This document shows positions 28,252-32,000 of a DNA stretch of 32,000 nucleotides, one piece after another. The position numbers and the translations under genes are program-made. Origin of the DNA: Phycisphaera mikurensis NBRC 102666 (GTDB lineage: Bacteria > Planctomycetota > Phycisphaerae > Phycisphaerales > Phycisphaeraceae). How positions within the stretch are numbered: position 1 is the stretch's first letter; each line of letters opens with the position of its first letter. The notes under the pieces are model-generated. The model was not told the origin of the DNA. It did not search any database and saw only the letters and a list, made by a program, of their open reading frames with translations. The stretch covers positions 420,001 to 452,000 of the forward strand of contig NC_017080.1 in assembly GCF_000284115.1 (NCBI RefSeq), in the 5' to 3' direction.

Positions 28252-29493
28252 GTGATCTTCGCCCTCGCCCTCCTGACCTCCGCCGCCGCCGTCGCCGTTT
28301 CGGTGCCGATGCTGGTGTTCGTGGTCGAGTGCCTCGCGGCGTTGACTCCGCCGCCGCGGCGGGCCGTGGAGGCCAACCCGCAGGCCCGCCCGAGCCTGGG
28401 CGTGATCGTGCCGGCGCACAACGAGGAGCTCACCCTGGCCGAGTCGCTGGCGGCGCTGATCCCCCAGCTCTGGCCCGGGGACCGCGTGGTGGTGGTCGCC
28501 GACAACTGCACCGACCGCACGGCCGCGATCGCCCGGGCCGCGGGCGCGGAGTGCGTGGAACGCTCGAGCACGACCGAGGTGGGCAAGGGCCACGCGCTCG
28601 CCGCCGGGCTGGACCACCTCCGCGACGCCCCGCCGGCGGTGGTCGTCATCATCGACGCCGACTGCCGGGTGCTCCCCCGGGCGTTGGGCCGGCTCGCCGC
28701 CGCGGCGGCCGCCAACAACGCCCCGGTCCAGTGCGTCTACCTGCTCGAACCGGACCGCGACGGCAGCCCGCTCTCGCGCATGTCCAACTTCGCCTTCCTC
28801 GTGAAGAACCTCGTCCGGCAGCGTGGCCTGATGGTGCTCGGCCAGCCGGCGTTGCTCCAAGGCACCGGCATGGCCTTCCCCTGGATGGTGATCGACGCCG
28901 CCCAGCTTGCCACCGGCCACATCACCGAGGACCTGGTGATCGGCTTGGAGATGCTCGAGCGCGGGCACTCGCCCCGCTTCTGCGACACCGCCCGCGTCGT
29001 CTCGGATCAGGCCGCGCCCGACGCGGAGGTCGCTCAGCGCACCCGCTGGGAGCACGGCTACCTGTCGACGATGATCTCCCGCGGGCCGCGGCTGCTCATC
29101 AAGGGCCTCACCGGGCGGCCCGAGCTGCTGGGGATGGCGGCCGACCTCACCGTGCCGCCGCTCTCGCTGCTGATGATGCTCTACGCGGGCGTGACCGCGC
29201 TGGCCGGGGCCGCGACGCTGGTGACCACCCTGCTGAACCACCCGCTCGCGCTGGCGATGCAGATCGTGCTGGCGTGGCTGGGGCTGCTCGGCGTCGCCTT
29301 CGCGGTGGTGATCACCGCCGTGTGCCGGGTGTTCGCGCGGTCGGTGATGCCGGCATCGACGCTGCTGCAGGCGCCGCTCTACGCGCTTTCGAAGCTGCCG
29401 ATCTACTTCGGCTTCCTCGCGGGCCGCGAAACCCGCTGGGTCCGCACCGAGCGCCACGCCGCGGAGAAGCCGGGCGCCGGGAGCGTCGCGTGA
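28252..29493 (+). CDS. Processive synthase-type glycosyltransferase family 2 (COG1215-like)
   Basis: The GTG start gives an N-terminal TM helix (IFALALLTSAAAVAVSVPMLVFVV). Motifs are VIVPAHNEE, VVADNCTDRT, VVVIIDADC (DxD), ITEDLVIG (TED) and QRTRWEHG (QxxRW). Several C-terminal TM helices follow. An alternative in-frame ATG lies at 28309. Confidence 0.8.
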   Translation: MIFALALLTSAAAVAVSVPMLVFVVECLAALTPPPRRAVEANPQARPSLGVIVPAHNEELTLAESLAALIPQLWPGDRVVVVADNCTDRTAAIARAAGAECVERSSTTEVGKGHALAAGLDHLRDAPPAVVVIIDADCRVLPRALGRLAAAAAANNAPVQCVYLLEPDRDGSPLSRMSNFAFLVKNLVRQRGLMVLGQPALLQGTGMAFPWMVIDAAQLATGHITEDLVIGLEMLERGHSPRFCDTARVVSDQAAPDAEVAQRTRWEHGYLSTMISRGPRLLIKGLTGRPELLGMAADLTVPPLSLLMMLYAGVTALAGAATLVTTLLNHPLALAMQIVLAWLGLLGVAFAVVITAVCRVFARSVMPASTLLQAPLYALSKLPIYFGFLAGRETRWVRTERHAAEKPGAGSVA

Positions 29494-30671
29494 GCGGTGC
29501 CTTCCCCTCGGTCCGCGTCCCGCACGAGCGGCGCGGCGGCGGCGGCGCCGAGCGCATCGACGTGTCGGTGGTCGTGCCGGTTTACAACGAGGAGGGCGCG
29601 GCGGCGCAGCTGGTCTGCGAGGTCGTCGCCGTCCTCGACGAACAAGCGGCCCGGGGCCGCCGCTACGAGGCCCTCTTCATCTCCGACGGAAGCCTCGACC
29701 GCACGGTGGAGCGGCTGCGCGAGGCCGCGGGCGACGACCCGCGGGTGGCCATCGTGCAGCTGATGCGCAACTTCGGGCAGACCGCGGCGACCGCCGCGGG
29801 CTTCGACCTGGCACGCGGGGCCGTGGTGGTGCCGATGGACGGCGACCTTCAGAACGATCCCGCCGACATCCCCAGGCTCGTCGCCAAGCTCGACGAGGGC
29901 GGCGACGCGCCCGGCCGGTGGGACGTCGTCTCGGGCTGGCGGCGCGACCGGCAGGACCGGCTGCTGTCGCGGCGGCTGCCCTCGATCGTGGCGAACCGGC
30001 TGATCAAGCGGCTGACCTGGACGCGGGAGATCCACGACTTCGGCTGCTCGCTGAAGGCCTACCGCCGCGAGATCCTCGACGACGTCACGATCTACGGCGA
30101 GATGCACCGCTTCCTGCCGGCGATCTGCAAGTGGCGGGGGGCCCGGATCACCGAGCTGGAGGTGAACCACCGGCCCCGGGCCCACGGCAAGAGCAAGTAC
30201 GGGCTCAAGCGGACCGGGAAGGTCCTGCTGGACCTCATGACCGTGAAGTTCCTGGGCGACTACCTCACCAAGCCGATCTACTTCTTCGGGAAGCTCGCCG
30301 CGATCTCGCTGCTGGTCTCCGGCGTGGGGGTGGTCTTCGCGCTGGTCCAGAAGCTCGGCCACCTCACCGAGCACGGCCAGCCGGTGATGCTCAACGACAA
30401 CATCCTGGTTCTGCTGGCGCTGCTCACGTTCATGATGACGGTGCTGTTCCTGGTGATCGGCGTGCTCTCGGAGCTGATGGTGCGGATCTACTACGAGAGT
30501 CAGGACCGGGCGCCGTACAAGATCCGATCGCTGGACCGCGGCCTCGGCGGCGGGCCCGACGGCGGCGGGGCGGTGCCCGCGGACCGCGGCGCGGGGGAAC
30601 CGTTCGCGGCCGCGGTCCGCGGGCATGCGGCGGCGGCCGGGCCGCTGGAGCGGGCGCCGGGCGCCGCCTGA
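29490..30671 (+). CDS. Polyprenol-phosphate glycosyltransferase (GT2; GtrB/ArnC/DPM1-like)
   Basis: The GTG start overlaps the previous stop (GTGA). Motifs are VSVVVPVYNEE, FISDGSLDRT, RNFGQTAA and VPMDGDLQNDP. Two C-terminal TM helices end in MVRIYYESQ. A 44-aa low-complexity tail follows. Confidence 0.88.
   Translation: MSGAFPSVRVPHERRGGGGAERIDVSVVVPVYNEEGAAAQLVCEVVAVLDEQAARGRRYEALFISDGSLDRTVERLREAAGDDPRVAIVQLMRNFGQTAATAAGFDLARGAVVVPMDGDLQNDPADIPRLVAKLDEGGDAPGRWDVVSGWRRDRQDRLLSRRLPSIVANRLIKRLTWTREIHDFGCSLKAYRREILDDVTIYGEMHRFLPAICKWRGARITELEVNHRPRAHGKSKYGLKRTGKVLLDLMTVKFLGDYLTKPIYFFGKLAAISLLVSGVGVVFALVQKLGHLTEHGQPVMLNDNILVLLALLTFMMTVLFLVIGVLSELMVRIYYESQDRAPYKIRSLDRGLGGGPDGGGAVPADRGAGEPFAAAVRGHAAAAGPLERAPGAA
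30577..30622. repeat. 46-bp palindromic element, copy 6
   Basis: Exact arms at 30577-30586 and 30613-30622 with a 26-nt spacer. The palindrome extends inward to 14 perfect bp (CCGCGGACCGCGGC / GCCGCGGTCCGCGG). It lies inside the low-complexity 3' tail of the GtrB-like ORF. Confidence 0.9.
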
Positions 30672-30738
30672 GCCGCACCGCCGCGCCGCCGACGCCCGCG
30701 TGCGCACGCGGTCTCGCGTGGCGGCACCCCGAAGACCG

Positions 30739-31674
30739 ATGGTGAACCCCTTGGCGCTGCTCCTTTCCCCGAACCCGCCAGTCGGCGTGCCCGCCGCGAC
30801 GCCCGACGCCGCGGCCCCGCTGGAGCCGGTCGCCGCGCTGCCCGGACCGATCGCCGTGGACACGCACGCGCACCTGCACGCGGCGTGGCCGCTGGCGTCG
30901 GCGCTGCGCAGCTCGCTGCGCCACGCGCAGCGGGCCGGTGCGGGCGCGGCGGTGCTCTGCCTGGCACGCGGCCCGGGGGAGGGCGGTTTCGAGCGGCTCG
31001 CCGGCGGCGGGGTGGCGGGGTTGCCGGCGCTTGCCCCCACCGCCGAGGCGGGCGTGCTGCGGGCGCCGCCGGAGGGCCCCGGCGGGATCCCGCTGGCGGT
31101 GGTCGATGGCCGGCAGCTGGTGACCGCCGAGCGGATCGAGGTGCTCGCGCTCGCGCTGGACCCCAACGCGGCACTCCGCGGGGGCCTGCCCCTGCACGAC
31201 ACGCTGGCCGCCGTCGCGGCGGCGGGGGCCGTGCCGGTGCTGCCGCACGGCGTGGGCAAGTGGCTCGGGCGGCGCGGCCGGCTGGTGGCCCGCGCCATCG
31301 ATCAGGCCCGGGGGGGCCGCCGGGCGCCGGCCTGGGGGCCGCGGCTGTGCGTCGCCGACAACGCCGGCCGCTTCACGCTCGGGCCGCGGCCGGCCGTCCT
31401 CGACCAGGCCGCCGCGCTGGGCATGACGATCCTCGCCGGCTCCGACCCGCTGCCGGTCCCCGGGGCCGGCGCCCGGCTGGGCGGCTTCGGGGTGGTGCTG
31501 CCCGGTCCGGTGCCCGTGGACGCGGTCGCGGCCTCGCTCCGCCGGCTGCTCCCGCTGCTGGGGCCGACGCCGCAGCGCTTCGGCGGCCACGCGGGAACCG
31601 CCCGCTCGCTCGCCGAGCAGGCCGCGCTGCGCCTGCTCGGGCGGCGGCAGAAGGCTGGGCGGTGTCCGGTTTGA
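30739..31674 (+). CDS. Hypothetical protein with weak PHP/amidohydrolase-like metal-binding motif
   Basis: GC3 is high throughout. The N-terminal IAVDTHAHLH (DxHxH-like), later PHGVGKW and LAGSDPLP hint at a PHP-type fold, but I cannot confirm the family. I start it at ATG 30739 (MVNPLALL) rather than the Arg-rich extension from 30625. Confidence 0.45.
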   Translation: MVNPLALLLSPNPPVGVPAATPDAAAPLEPVAALPGPIAVDTHAHLHAAWPLASALRSSLRHAQRAGAGAAVLCLARGPGEGGFERLAGGGVAGLPALAPTAEAGVLRAPPEGPGGIPLAVVDGRQLVTAERIEVLALALDPNAALRGGLPLHDTLAAVAAAGAVPVLPHGVGKWLGRRGRLVARAIDQARGGRRAPAWGPRLCVADNAGRFTLGPRPAVLDQAAALGMTILAGSDPLPVPGAGARLGGFGVVLPGPVPVDAVAASLRRLLPLLGPTPQRFGGHAGTARSLAEQAALRLLGRRQKAGRCPV

Positions 31675-32000
31675 GCGCGGCCGGCGACGACGCGCACGCG
31701 GGCGCCGGCCTGGCGGTGACCGCCTCGGCCGCGGCGGCGCGCAGCCACGGGCTCATCGTCGTCGGCGGCGGGATCCAGGGTGTGATGGTGGCGCTCGAGG
31801 CCGCCCGCCGCGGGCACCGCCCGCTGCTGCTCGAAGCCGGGGATTTTGGCGGCGCCACGACCGCGGCGTCGCTCCGCATCGTCCACGGCGGGCTGCGGTA
31901 CCTGCAGTCGGCCGACGTCCGCCGCTTCCTGGAGAGCGTCAACGAGCGGCGTTGGTTCCTGCGGCACTTCCCCGACCTCGTGCGGCCGCTGCCGTGCCTG
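31662..32000 (+). CDS. FAD-dependent oxidoreductase, glycerol-3-phosphate dehydrogenase/oxidase (GlpD/GlpO)-like, N-terminal fragment (3' end outside window)
   Basis: It reads GLIVVGGGIQGVMVALEAARRGHRPLLLEAGDFGGATTAASLRIVHGGLRYLQ, the GlpD-family dinucleotide fold plus the HGG(L/I)RYL motif. It is not in the ORF track because it runs off the window. The start is ambiguous: GTG 31662, TTG 31671 (TTGA overlap with the upstream stop) or GTG 31716. Confidence 0.8.
   Translation, partial: MSGLSAAGDDAHAGAGLAVTASAAAARSHGLIVVGGGIQGVMVALEAARRGHRPLLLEAGDFGGATTAASLRIVHGGLRYLQSADVRRFLESVNERRWFLRHFPDLVRPLPCL

Overview
Very GC-rich bacterial chromosomal DNA, roughly 70% GC by eye. Almost every gene is shadowed by long spurious antisense or out-of-frame ORFs, so I called genes from recognisable protein motifs, third-position GC and start-site context. 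The protein signatures are reminiscent of Planctomycetota (ClpC N-terminus MFERFTDRARKV, an HDOD-GGDEF protein, a giant Ala-rich secreted PQQ-like propeller protein, a dense glycosyltransferase locus), but taxonomy is inference only. Positions 1-19.2 kb are a housekeeping mosaic: ABC ATPase 3' end, rpmI-rplT, clpC, an HDOD-GGDEF cyclase, asd, a PfkB kinase, a 1489-aa secreted repeat protein, glyA, a DUF2721-like membrane protein, a metallophosphoesterase, an SDR epimerase, a lipoprotein and a comF-like gene. Positions 19.3-32.0 kb are a glycan/exopolysaccharide locus. It holds five GT2 genes (one with the full D, DxD, TED, QxxRW synthase motif set, one polyprenol-phosphate GtrB/ArnC-like), two paralogous GT1 genes, a hexapeptide acetyltransferase, a Gfo/Idh/MocA oxidoreductase, an SDR epimerase, a PHP-like hypothetical and a GlpD-like flavoprotein that runs off the window. 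Several of these genes have 4-nt start/stop overlaps, mostly using GTG or TTG starts. I found no rRNA, tRNA, CRISPR array, transposase/integrase, phage or recognisable defence genes, and I cannot point to a clearly novel protein system. The most unusual signal is non-genic: at least eight copies of a 46-bp palindromic element, CCGCGGACCG-N26-CGGTCCGCGG. Its spacer length is invariant while its spacer sequence is free. Copies lie after stop codons, next to a start codon and, unexpectedly, inside three coding regions. Two simple-sequence tracts, (CACCCG)6-7 and a C10 run inside an 11-bp hairpin, sit in short intergenic gaps of the glycan locus.
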